A stretch of DNA of 49,673 bases from a virus (Duplodnaviria > Caudoviricetes). Position numbers and translations under genes: made by a program. Below the pieces are notes generated by a model that did no database searches, was not told the origin of the DNA, and was given only the letters and a program-made list of their open reading frames with translations. The stretch covers positions 1-49,673 of IMG/VR virus record IMGVR_UViG_3300005805_000128; one strand, 5' to 3'. Within the stretch, counting starts at the first letter, position 1; the number at the start of each line of letters is the position of its first letter. This document shows, one piece after another, positions 1 to 9,195 of the stretch.

Positions 1-312
1 GATTATGAAATTAAAAACAATATTAAAATAAAAAAATTTACAGATATGGTAATACATAAGTCCTACCCTGGCAAATTTTTAGGTTCACATACTGATTCAC
101 ATGGAGATGAAAATTCCCCGCTAATAACAATAATTGTAGATTTTAATGATAATTACGTTGGAGGAGAACTAGTGTTTGACAAACAAAATCTAACACTAAA
201 ATCAATTGCTGGTAGTATTTTAATATATCCTTCTGTAGAACCCTACTCTCATGTACCTACACTAATTACGTCAGGTAGTAAAATAACAGGACTAATGTTT
301 GGATATCTATGA
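1..312 (+). CDS. 2OG-Fe(II) oxygenase, prolyl-4-hydroxylase-like (5' truncated by the window)
   Basis: Frame is open from base 1. HTD...NDNYVGGEL.F...H...K facial-triad pattern. Confidence 0.85.
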   Translation, partial: DYEIKNNIKIKKFTDMVIHKSYPGKFLGSHTDSHGDENSPLITIIVDFNDNYVGGELVFDKQNLTLKSIAGSILIYPSVEPYSHVPTLITSGSKITGLMFGYL

Positions 313-887
313 AAATAACTAGATACGATAAAATTCATTATTATGAACAGATTATAGAAAAGCCTTATGCTTTAATAAAAGATATTGAAGAAACAAATGA
401 AATATTAGATAATACTACATCTATAACAAAATGGAATAAATGGAAAGCAAGTGATGACTCATACGATTTTGGGTATCAAAAAATTATTAATCCATCTATA
501 ATTAGCGAAACTAATGAACTGTTAATATCAATAAATAAAAGAATTAGAGAAGCAATAGTAAATTCATCTAAAGATTATGCAAATGAACATAATATAGATT
601 TAGGATATTTAACCCCAATATCAATTGCAAAATATTCAACTGGGAAAGAGATGGGTTCTCACGTTGATTCATATGAAGATGGAAGATCCCCAGTATTATC
701 TGTAGTATTATATATTAATGATAATTACGATGGTGGAGAACTGTATTTTAAAGAACAAGATATATTAATAAAACCCTCTGCTGGTAGTTTAATAGCATTC
801 CCATCGGTTGCACCATACTATCACCAATCTAAGATTGTACTAAAAGGTTTAAAATATATGTCACCAGGATTCTGGTATAAGGATTGA
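309..887 (+). CDS. 2OG-Fe(II) oxygenase, prolyl-4-hydroxylase-like
   Basis: HVD...SVVLYINDNYDGGELYF...YYH...GLKY. Paralogous to the upstream gene. Confidence 0.9.
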   Translation: MKITRYDKIHYYEQIIEKPYALIKDIEETNEILDNTTSITKWNKWKASDDSYDFGYQKIINPSIISETNELLISINKRIREAIVNSSKDYANEHNIDLGYLTPISIAKYSTGKEMGSHVDSYEDGRSPVLSVVLYINDNYDGGELYFKEQDILIKPSAGSLIAFPSVAPYYHQSKIVLKGLKYMSPGFWYKD

Positions 888-913
888 CACCACTCATCTT
901 GAGGGTGTACAAT
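884..913 (+). promoter_or_regulatory. Sigma70/SigA-type promoter for the holin-like gene
   Basis: TTGACA (884-889), 18 bp spacer, TACAAT (908-913). AAGGAGG RBS before ATG 945. Confidence 0.7.
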
Positions 914-944
914 AGTACAATCGATGTCCTAAAGGAGGATATTA

Positions 945-1226
945 ATGGAATCAGTACTAAACAAAAAAGTGTTAGGTTCAGCACTTAACGCTTTTGTTAT
1001 CGCACTGGTAACTCAATTTGTTGCCACAGGTGCAGATCTAACATCTCTAACAGGAGATGCATTAGGAACAATTCTAAACTCAGCAGTTTCTGCAGCAGTT
1101 TGGGTTGTTATTCGTGCAGTAAATCCAAAAGATAAGAAATTTGGAATTGGTGCAGCACCAGAAGTTGACGATCGCCGTGAGGCAATTGTTGCTTCAAGAG
1201 AAGGCAAGAAGTCTTCTAAGAAATAA
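945..1226 (+). CDS. Putative holin (small two-TM membrane protein)
   Basis: Two hydrophobic segments, IRAVNPKDKKFG motif resembling actinophage holins, basic C-terminal tail. Confidence 0.6.
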   Translation: MESVLNKKVLGSALNAFVIALVTQFVATGADLTSLTGDALGTILNSAVSAAVWVVIRAVNPKDKKFGIGAAPEVDDRREAIVASREGKKSSKK

Positions 1227-1242
1227 TATAGTTTAATATTGT

Positions 1243-1272
1243 GAGGGGGTAGCAAAAACTATCCCCTCTTTT
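1243..1272 (+). terminator. Rho-independent terminator
   Basis: GAGGGGGTAG-caaaaa-CTATCCCCTC followed by TTTT. Confidence 0.75.
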
Positions 1273-1287
1273 AATAGAAAGTAAATA

Positions 1288-2379
1288 ATGGCTAAACCAA
1301 CAATATGTTTTTTAACCTATGATTGGTCATGGGGAACTAAACCATTACAACCAAATGGCTGTGCATGGTATAGATGTTTTTTACCAATGCAGCAGTTAAA
1401 AGAACATGGTTGGGAAGTTGGAATGGGATTTCCTGCTTTTACTCCAGAACACGGATTTGGATTATTAATTCCAGATAAAAAAGCAATACACGGCTGGGAC
1501 GTTGTTGTATTAAAACTTATGATGCTTGAATCTTTAGTTGATCATATTCCCGCAGCACAAGCAATAGGTCAAAAAATTGTTATTGATATAGACGACCATC
1601 ACGCAGGCTTAGAACCAACAAATATGGCATATGTTTCTACAGATCCTAAAACTAATCCTAAAAATAATAGAGAACACTATTTTAGAGGTATGGATATGGC
1701 AGATGCTTTAATTACCTCTACACCATTTTTAAAAGATTATTATAAAAAGAAATATCCTAATAAACCAATTTATATGGTTAGAAACTCAATAGATTTTCAA
1801 CATTTTCATATGAGAAAAGATAATTCTGGAGATTGGCCAGTCATTGGTTGGGTTGGTGCAACACCTTGGCGTTCAGGAGACTTAGAAACACTTAATCCAT
1901 TCGTTGGAGATTTTATTGAAAAAAATTCTTTACGATTCCATCACTCTGGTCATATTATTAATGCTCCTACAGTTCAAGAACAAATGAATATACCAGTTAA
2001 AAGATTTTCTAGCGAAGGTATGAAACCCATATTGACCTATGGAGAAATGTTTAAAAAAATGGATATTGGATTAGTTCCATTAAGACATGTTGAATTTAAT
2101 TTAGCAAAATCATTTATTAAAGGTTTGGAATACTCAGCAGCAGGAGTTCCTTTTATAGCAGAAAATATAGAAGAGTATAAATTTTTATATGAAGAATATG
2201 GAATTGGAAGAGTAGCCAATACGCCAGATGAATGGTTAGGGCATTTAGAAGAATTAAAAAATCAAAAAACTAGAAATATTGAAAGACAAAATAATTATAA
2301 ATTGTCTAAAGAATTTCATAGCATTCAAGCACGAGGTCCTGAATGGGATAGTGTCTATAGAGAAATTAAAGAACTTTAA
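1288..2379 (+). CDS. GT-B fold (GT4-like) glycosyltransferase
   Basis: GCAWYRCFLP, IDIDD, IGWVGA and DIGLVPL...FNLAKS..K.LEYSAAGVP motifs. Confidence 0.85.
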   Translation: MAKPTICFLTYDWSWGTKPLQPNGCAWYRCFLPMQQLKEHGWEVGMGFPAFTPEHGFGLLIPDKKAIHGWDVVVLKLMMLESLVDHIPAAQAIGQKIVIDIDDHHAGLEPTNMAYVSTDPKTNPKNNREHYFRGMDMADALITSTPFLKDYYKKKYPNKPIYMVRNSIDFQHFHMRKDNSGDWPVIGWVGATPWRSGDLETLNPFVGDFIEKNSLRFHHSGHIINAPTVQEQMNIPVKRFSSEGMKPILTYGEMFKKMDIGLVPLRHVEFNLAKSFIKGLEYSAAGVPFIAENIEEYKFLYEEYGIGRVANTPDEWLGHLEELKNQKTRNIERQNNYKLSKEFHSIQARGPEWDSVYREIKEL

Positions 2380-2885
2380 TACCAGCCCTTATACTGTCTA
2401 AATTCCCAAGCCTTGCAGCCATCGCCATAAATTAAATTAACATATTTTATCATTGCATCAATTTGAGCATATGGATCTTTGGTTTTCTTTGAATCAACTA
2501 TTTCCCAAGTACTATTTAAAAATTGAGCAAGACCAAATGCAGTAGATTTTGGATTGTCTGCAAGAGGATTCCATTTAGACTCTCTATCAATAATATTAAA
2601 ATAACAAGATAGTTCTTTTGATGGAACATGATCTTTTACATATTGCTGATAAGCCAATACAGCCCTCTGAGACTCTGGATCTGTGAATTGTGCCCTAGAC
2701 CTACTGGCTACCGTAGAATTGCTCTCACGAGCCTCTAGAAGCCCCTTTAAAGGGCTAAAGGTGGCCTGTCCTTGTTGGACAGCCACCAAAGGTTCGGCGG
2801 TATAAATTGGTCTATGTCTATCTACATAATTAGAATACGTTCCCACAAAAATAAATGCTAAAGTTGCTAATATTACACTCTTCAT
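2376..2885 (-). CDS. Secreted lytic transglycosylase (SLT / Rpf-Apf-like)
   Basis: N-terminal signal peptide, ASRS linker, RESKWNP.A.NP.STAFGLAQFL with catalytic Glu, C-terminal GWY. GGAGG RBS on the - strand. Confidence 0.85.
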   Translation of the reverse strand: MKSVILATLAFIFVGTYSNYVDRHRPIYTAEPLVAVQQGQATFSPLKGLLEARESNSTVASRSRAQFTDPESQRAVLAYQQYVKDHVPSKELSCYFNIIDRESKWNPLADNPKSTAFGLAQFLNSTWEIVDSKKTKDPYAQIDAMIKYVNLIYGDGCKAWEFRQYKGWY

Positions 2886-2954
2886 AAGTTACCTCCCTGA
2901 AGAAGTAGTTTAGTGACTATACCAGTATAACCCTAATATTACAAAAAATCAAGA

Positions 2955-3176
2955 TTATTGAAGAAATTTTTTAATTACTGCTTCTATAGTGTGTTCTATG
3001 TCACTTGTTAATCTAAATGTTGTCTTACAACCAATGCAGTAGAAATATGGTTTATCATCCTCATCAACTTTGGTAACAACAATATCATCTTTCACAAATG
3101 GACAAACTATTAAGTTATCAACTTTATTACTATCTACTAAATTATTATAAAAATGAATCTCTTGTACTGATAACAT
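2955..3176 (-). CDS. Small Cys-containing (Zn-ribbon-like) hypothetical protein
   Basis: CP...YFYCIGC motif, AGGAG RBS, divergent from the RNR gene. Confidence 0.65.
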   Translation of the reverse strand: MLSVQEIHFYNNLVDSNKVDNLIVCPFVKDDIVVTKVDEDDKPYFYCIGCKTTFRLTSDIEHTIEAVIKKFLQ

Positions 3177-3179
3177 ATA

Positions 3180-3208
3180 TTGACTCTCCTCATAAACTCG
3201 TGTACAAT
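3180..3208 (+). promoter_or_regulatory. Promoter for nrdJ, overlapping the divergent gene's RBS
   Basis: TTGACT (3180-3185), 17 bp spacer, TACAAT (3203-3208). Confidence 0.7.
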
Positions 3209-3250
3209 ACTATTATCTCATAAATCAAAAAATCAGGAGTTGGAAGAATT

Positions 3251-5191
3251 ATGTCATTTATCAATGAAAACGGATCCATAACAGATCCTTATAAAAATTT
3301 TATACATATCTCAAGATATGCAAGATGGACACCAGAACAAAATCGTAGGGAAACTTGGGTAGAAACAGTTAATAGACTAATGAACTTTATGAAAGATCAT
3401 TTAGTATTAAATTACGGATATAACCCAAATGCAAAAATATTTGATGAAGTAAAAGATGCAATTTTAAATCATAAAGTAATGCCTTCCATGAGAGCATTAA
3501 TGACTGCTGGACCAGCACTAGAACGTGATCATATTGCAGCATACAACTGTTCATTTATTGCTGTTGATAGCCCACGTGCATTTGACGAAGCAATGTACAT
3601 TTTGATGAACGGAACTGGTGTAGGATTTTCTGTTGAATCAAAATATGTAGATGAATTACCAATAATTGCAGAATCATTTAATCAAACAGAAACAACAATT
3701 GTTGTAGAAGATTCTAAACTTGGATGGGCTAAAGCATTAAAAGAATTAATTGCTTTGCTTTATCAAGGACAAATTCCAAACTGGGATATGTCAAAAGTTA
3801 GGCCAGCAGGTGCAAGACTAAAAACTTTTGGTGGACGTGCATCTGGTCCTGGACCACTTAATGCTCTATTTGTATTTGTAACAGATACTTTTAGAAATGC
3901 TGCAGGCCGTAAATTAAAACCTATTGAAGCACATGACATTATGTGTAAAGTTGGAGAAGTTGTAGTTGTAGGCGGAGTAAGAAGAAGTGCTCTAATTAGC
4001 CTATCTAACCTAGACGATTTTGAAATGGCAAAAGCAAAAAGTGGATCATGGTGGGAGCAATATGGTCAACGTGCATTGGCAAACAATTCTGCTGTTTATC
4101 ATGCTAAACCAAGCGTTGCACAATTCCTCCGTGAATGGAGAAACTTATATGAATCTAAGTCTGGAGAACGTGGTATTTACAACATGGACTCTGTTCGCAA
4201 ACATGTTGAATCATTTGGTCGTAGAGATGCTTCACTTATTGCAGGTACAAACCCATGTGGAGAAATTATTTTACGTCCTAATGAATTTTGTAATTTAACA
4301 GAAATTGTAATTGGTGCCGATGATACAAGAGAAGATTTAATAGATAAAGTTAGATTAGCAACCATTCTTGGAACCTGGCAATCAACATTAACAGATTTTA
4401 AATATATTAGAAAATCATGGAGAGATAATTGTGAAGAAGAAAGATTATTAGGTGTTTCTTTAACAGGTATCTATGGAAATAAAATAACTTCCACTCCTGG
4501 AAAACCATTAGAACAGTTATTGACTGACATGAGGACAGAGGCAGTTAGAGTTAATGAACATGAAGCAAAAAAACTAAACATTAATCCTTCTGCATCTATT
4601 ACTTGCGTTAAGCCTTCGGGCACTGTAAGTCAATTGGTCGGGGTGTCAAGCGGTATCCATCCGTGGTATTCAGAATACTATTTAAGAAGTGTTCGTGGTG
4701 CAAATAATGATCCACTAACACAATTCTTAAAAGATTCTGGTGTTCCAAATGAACCAGATGTAATGAAGCCTGATGAAACAACAGTATTTTATTTTCCTCA
4801 AAGGGCTCCAAAGAATGCAATAATAACAAAAGATTTAACAGCAATAGATCATCTTGAAATGTGGAAATTGTACAGAACTTATTGGACAGAACATAATCCA
4901 AGTGTAACTATCAACGTACATGAAGATGAATGGCTAAGAGTAGGTGCTTGGGTATTTGACAATTTTGATTCTATCGGAGGCGTATCATTCTTACCAGCAA
5001 GTGAACATACATACAAACAAGCCCCTTATCAAGAAATTACAAAAGAGCAATATGAAGAATGGCTAAAAAAGATGCCTTCAAATATACAATGGGAAATGCT
5101 ATCTTTTTACGAAAAAGAAGACGGCACTACTGGTACTCAAGAACTTTCATGCGTTGCAGGGGAATGCGAAATAGTTGATATTACTAAATAG
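3251..5191 (+). CDS. nrdJ: Class II (adenosylcobalamin-dependent) ribonucleotide reductase, RTPR-like
   Basis: PSMRAL, YNCSF, GTGVGFS, VVVGGVRRSA, TNPCGEI, TCVKPSGT and C-terminal CVAGEC. No beta-subunit gene nearby. Confidence 0.93.
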   Translation: MSFINENGSITDPYKNFIHISRYARWTPEQNRRETWVETVNRLMNFMKDHLVLNYGYNPNAKIFDEVKDAILNHKVMPSMRALMTAGPALERDHIAAYNCSFIAVDSPRAFDEAMYILMNGTGVGFSVESKYVDELPIIAESFNQTETTIVVEDSKLGWAKALKELIALLYQGQIPNWDMSKVRPAGARLKTFGGRASGPGPLNALFVFVTDTFRNAAGRKLKPIEAHDIMCKVGEVVVVGGVRRSALISLSNLDDFEMAKAKSGSWWEQYGQRALANNSAVYHAKPSVAQFLREWRNLYESKSGERGIYNMDSVRKHVESFGRRDASLIAGTNPCGEIILRPNEFCNLTEIVIGADDTREDLIDKVRLATILGTWQSTLTDFKYIRKSWRDNCEEERLLGVSLTGIYGNKITSTPGKPLEQLLTDMRTEAVRVNEHEAKKLNINPSASITCVKPSGTVSQLVGVSSGIHPWYSEYYLRSVRGANNDPLTQFLKDSGVPNEPDVMKPDETTVFYFPQRAPKNAIITKDLTAIDHLEMWKLYRTYWTEHNPSVTINVHEDEWLRVGAWVFDNFDSIGGVSFLPASEHTYKQAPYQEITKEQYEEWLKKMPSNIQWEMLSFYEKEDGTTGTQELSCVAGECEIVDITK

Positions 5192-5196
5192 CAACA

Positions 5197-5205
5197 TGCT
5201 AAAAT
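5197..5205 (+). promoter_or_regulatory. Extended -10 promoter element
   Basis: TGCTAAAAT just after the nrdJ stop, followed by an AGAGG RBS. Confidence 0.5.
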
Positions 5206-5220
5206 AGACTAGAGGTTAAA

Positions 5221-8200
5221 ATGACCAAGGTTTCTAATCTATATGCTGCAAGAATTTTTGCTGAACACCCTTTAGTTCTGTGGAGTCTTGACGATGAAAA
5301 CTATTTTAATACATCATTAAATGGATTAAATTACGATTTAGATAACTGGCAAATTTTAAATAATAATGGTCAATGGGAAACCTCTTACACAAACCCATCA
5401 AATAACCCATTTCCAGATGGTAACCTAGCAGTACTTTCAAAAATTTCTAGTGCTAGTGTAACAACTACCCAAATCAATGCCTCACCAGTTTATATGTCTG
5501 ATTTAGACCCATCTAAAGATAGTATATGTATAGCAACTTGGTTATACCAATATGGATCACTTGTAGAAGAGTTTGAGGTAGGTTTTATATATACAAGTGG
5601 ATCAGTAAGCACTATAGAAAGTTCATCTATAACTTCTTTAGGCAGTGGACCATGGCAGCCAATACATCATACCTCTCTATTGCCAGAAACTTTTGATTAT
5701 GTAACTCCATTTATAAAAGTTCATTATTTTGAAGAAACTGGTTCAGGTAATGAATTTAAAGTAATGTTTAATAATACATCCGTAGCACAATGGTCTGAAG
5801 AATATTTGTATCAAGGCAGGGGTATACAAAAACAATCACTTAATAAACCAATTATAGAAGATATACTTCCTCAAGTTAATTTTGATGTATATCCATTAGA
5901 TGCATATGGATTTCAAGATCAAGACAATGCTTATGCAATTATTGATAATAATAAGTTACTAGCAAAGAATACTAACTTTTCAATGGTATATGGATCAAAT
6001 AATTTAACATCTATAGAATCTCCAATAACAGAAAACATGCCATCTATGCTACTTCCTGGTAAAGGATTTTTAAATCAAAGTGGAAAATATAAAAATTTAA
6101 CAACAGAGTTTTGGTTAAGAGTAAATCCAAATATAAATATAAGTACAAGAATATTTGGACCAATTTCATCTAAAGATGGTTTATATATAGAAAATGAATA
6201 TCTAACACTCCATATTGGTAAATATACTCAATCATATTTTGTTGGAAAATGGTATAGGCCAATGCTAGTAGATATTAGATACGGACTATCTTTAATAACA
6301 GTACTTATTAATGGAGATGTGGTTATTGAGTTAGAAGTAGATCTAAACGAATTAGAATTTCCATACGAGTCATATGATTGGATTGCATTTTATGGCAATG
6401 AAAATATAAAACCATTCGATATTGATTGTGTAGCAATATATCCTTATTTAGTTCCAGATCAAATGGCTAAAAGAAGATTTATATATGGACAAGCAGTATT
6501 GACAGCAGAATCTATTGCTGAAAGTTTTAGTGGTGAGCCATATTATGTTGATTTTCCATTTGCTAATTACTCAAGTATTATAAATTACCCAGATATGAAT
6601 CCGTGGAGTTCTGGATACTTTAATAATTTAGAATCAAATTCAAAATATCTTGGATTTAAAGATTATTCTTTGCCAGAACTTAGGTTTGTTGGAGAAGCAC
6701 AAACTATTACCACATCTTTAGTTTCACAAAATTGGTCTGAGTACGATCTATACACTTGGTATGAAATATTATCAGAATCTTGGCAAGACGTAAGCATAAC
6801 AAATGAAAATATAGTAAACGATATATATATAGATAATTTTCTTATACAGTCTGCTTCATCATCACCATTTTTTACACTTAAGCCAAATCTAGGATATGCT
6901 AACGTAAACTCTTCAATTGAGTTTGATAACATTAAGCCAATTCAAAATAATGTAGCAGCAATATATGGAGTTTTTAAAACAGAAGATGAGTTGCCAGCAG
7001 TAGAAACCCCAGAAACTTTAATGTATTTCTATAACTCTATTAATAATAATATTTTCAAGGTAACTATAGATGTAGGTGGCTTAAAATACATGTATAACAA
7101 TACGCTTATTAAAAATATATCAGTTCTTGAATCATCAGATTTTATTGCTGGAATAGATATTGATAAATTAAGAATTAACTACCCAGATACTTTAGGAAAC
7201 TTTTTTGCTAATCCACAAAATATATCTTTAAGTCTTTTAGGATACGGAGATTCAACCTACTCTGGAAAACTATATCAATTTACATTTAATAATGTATTTT
7301 TTCATAATAAAGATACATACTCATTATTTGACACAGAAGGGATTGCACTGCCAAATTGTTCTAACTCAGATATAGAGTATGTTGGAAACTATACAGTAAA
7401 GCCTATATTAACTCCAACATATTTAAATCTAGATGTAAGTTGTGTTGGATACTGGGAAGATTCAATACCACTTTCATATTTTGGTAAGCAAGTAATTAGT
7501 TCTGGAGGACTGCAATATTTTGATTTAGATATGATTCAATTTAATATTGATGTGCCAACGCAGGTACTAACTTCGCCATCGGCAAGTTCATACGCTATGT
7601 CTGATTTAGTAAAGACTTATATTACACTACAGGATAGCGACCAGGTTGGGAATATAGCATATTCTACATACACAAATGTTCAAGAAATAGGAGCAGGTAG
7701 AGTTTTAGATTTTGATAATACTACAGATGTCATAGAAACAAAGTTTGAAGTAGTAGATGGAACAATTATAATTCCACCTAAAGAACTGGTTGATTTTAAA
7801 GACTACTATATAACTATTCATATTGAGGCTAAAGTCGAGGGTATAAGTAATAAACCATTACAAATTAGAAAGATGTTATTATCATCCTTAGTAACTGATG
7901 AAAAGAAATTTACTGAAATAAATACAAGATCTGGTAATAAAATATATCCTATATCTAGATACAATAGAACATACTCATTTAAAGATAAGAACCCATTTAC
8001 AATATATCCAGAAACATCCCCATACCTATACTTAACTGGAAACTCTGGAATAAATATTCTTCCATATAACTCTGGAGCAGAAAGAGCATTTTCAGTACCT
8101 ATTAATAAAAACAAGAAAGCATCATACTTCTTAGGTGGAGTTCAATTCTGGGCTATGTACAACAAAGACACAATCATAGATTCAACCAAAAAAATTGCTA

Positions 8201-8811
8201 GAATATCAACTATTGATAAAACCTATGACTTTTTTATTGAGCCTATTGATAATGGAAAAAGGGGTATATTAAAAGGATATAACACTGAAACTGGGTATAT
8301 ATCAGATATTATTAATGAATTAGTAGGAGATGTATTATTTTATCAAGATGGATATTTAATTAAGAATCCAGTAATTAATCCTCTTCAATGGACATCTATA
8401 GTTATAGTGTTTGGAGCAGATATCCAGTCACCTTTAGCGTCTGGAAGTTTTGAACTTTATGAAGGTGCGTTATATAACAACATAGTAGTTTATGAAAAAC
8501 CACAACTAACATCAAACTTTACAACTGGAAGCAGAAACTGGCAAGAAACAAGATTTACAGAAATAGTAACAGAGACTGAAACTATAACTACAGAAAATCA
8601 ATGGGAAGATTGGCTAGCATACACATGGACAGAGTTATACGCCCCAGTAGAATTATTTAAGTTTGCAATAGATGGAGAAAACATTATAGGATCATATTCT
8701 GGGACTTCTGGAATAGTAATAGATGATAATGCAACTGTTTTAATTAATTCAAATGGTGTTGATATATTTTCTGACGTAGTTTGGGATACAAGACTTGTCA
8801 AACCAGTATAA
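5221..8811 (+). CDS. Large virion structural protein (probable minor tail / baseplate, beta-rich)
   Basis: 1196 aa, acidic and Ser/Asn/aromatic-rich. LamG-like segment (TTEFWLR...GKWYRPMLVDI...VLING) and W-spaced repeats. Sits upstream of the portal. Confidence 0.6.
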   Translation: MTKVSNLYAARIFAEHPLVLWSLDDENYFNTSLNGLNYDLDNWQILNNNGQWETSYTNPSNNPFPDGNLAVLSKISSASVTTTQINASPVYMSDLDPSKDSICIATWLYQYGSLVEEFEVGFIYTSGSVSTIESSSITSLGSGPWQPIHHTSLLPETFDYVTPFIKVHYFEETGSGNEFKVMFNNTSVAQWSEEYLYQGRGIQKQSLNKPIIEDILPQVNFDVYPLDAYGFQDQDNAYAIIDNNKLLAKNTNFSMVYGSNNLTSIESPITENMPSMLLPGKGFLNQSGKYKNLTTEFWLRVNPNINISTRIFGPISSKDGLYIENEYLTLHIGKYTQSYFVGKWYRPMLVDIRYGLSLITVLINGDVVIELEVDLNELEFPYESYDWIAFYGNENIKPFDIDCVAIYPYLVPDQMAKRRFIYGQAVLTAESIAESFSGEPYYVDFPFANYSSIINYPDMNPWSSGYFNNLESNSKYLGFKDYSLPELRFVGEAQTITTSLVSQNWSEYDLYTWYEILSESWQDVSITNENIVNDIYIDNFLIQSASSSPFFTLKPNLGYANVNSSIEFDNIKPIQNNVAAIYGVFKTEDELPAVETPETLMYFYNSINNNIFKVTIDVGGLKYMYNNTLIKNISVLESSDFIAGIDIDKLRINYPDTLGNFFANPQNISLSLLGYGDSTYSGKLYQFTFNNVFFHNKDTYSLFDTEGIALPNCSNSDIEYVGNYTVKPILTPTYLNLDVSCVGYWEDSIPLSYFGKQVISSGGLQYFDLDMIQFNIDVPTQVLTSPSASSYAMSDLVKTYITLQDSDQVGNIAYSTYTNVQEIGAGRVLDFDNTTDVIETKFEVVDGTIIIPPKELVDFKDYYITIHIEAKVEGISNKPLQIRKMLLSSLVTDEKKFTEINTRSGNKIYPISRYNRTYSFKDKNPFTIYPETSPYLYLTGNSGINILPYNSGAERAFSVPINKNKKASYFLGGVQFWAMYNKDTIIDSTKKIARISTIDKTYDFFIEPIDNGKRGILKGYNTETGYISDIINELVGDVLFYQDGYLIKNPVINPLQWTSIVIVFGADIQSPLASGSFELYEGALYNNIVVYEKPQLTSNFTTGSRNWQETRFTEIVTETETITTENQWEDWLAYTWTELYAPVELFKFAIDGENIIGSYSGTSGIVIDDNATVLINSNGVDIFSDVVWDTRLVKPV

Positions 8812-8829
8812 TATGGTATACTTGTGTAC

Positions 8830-9195
8830 ATGAATCCAAAAAAACTTAAAAATAATGGTAAGCCAAAGATAACTGTAGTAGAAAAACAGTCAGACTGGGG
8901 TATATATGTGTGGTTATGTGACTTCGATAGCAAGCCGTTCGGTGACGGTAATGGAAATATAATGAACGTTCCTGGAAGGCCATATGATTTAGAAAAAATG
9001 GCTAAGATAAGAAAGGCCGCAGAATATTATGGTGCACCAGCAGGAAAAGTACACTTTATGGCTGGAGTAAACAGGGTTACAGATGAGGAACATAAAAATC
9101 AAATAGATAGAATGAAAGAAGGACTAATTCCTAGCGAAACCGATATAGGTGCTTGGATGGCAGCAGAAAAGGGATTCAAAAAACATGGAAGATAA
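8830..9195 (+). CDS. Hypothetical protein upstream of portal (likely leaderless; ORF track start 8824)
   Basis: TGGTATACT (8814-8822) lies 7 nt before ATG 8830. ORF overlaps the portal start. Confidence 0.7.
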   Translation: MNPKKLKNNGKPKITVVEKQSDWGIYVWLCDFDSKPFGDGNGNIMNVPGRPYDLEKMAKIRKAAEYYGAPAGKVHFMAGVNRVTDEEHKNQIDRMKEGLIPSETDIGAWMAAEKGFKKHGR

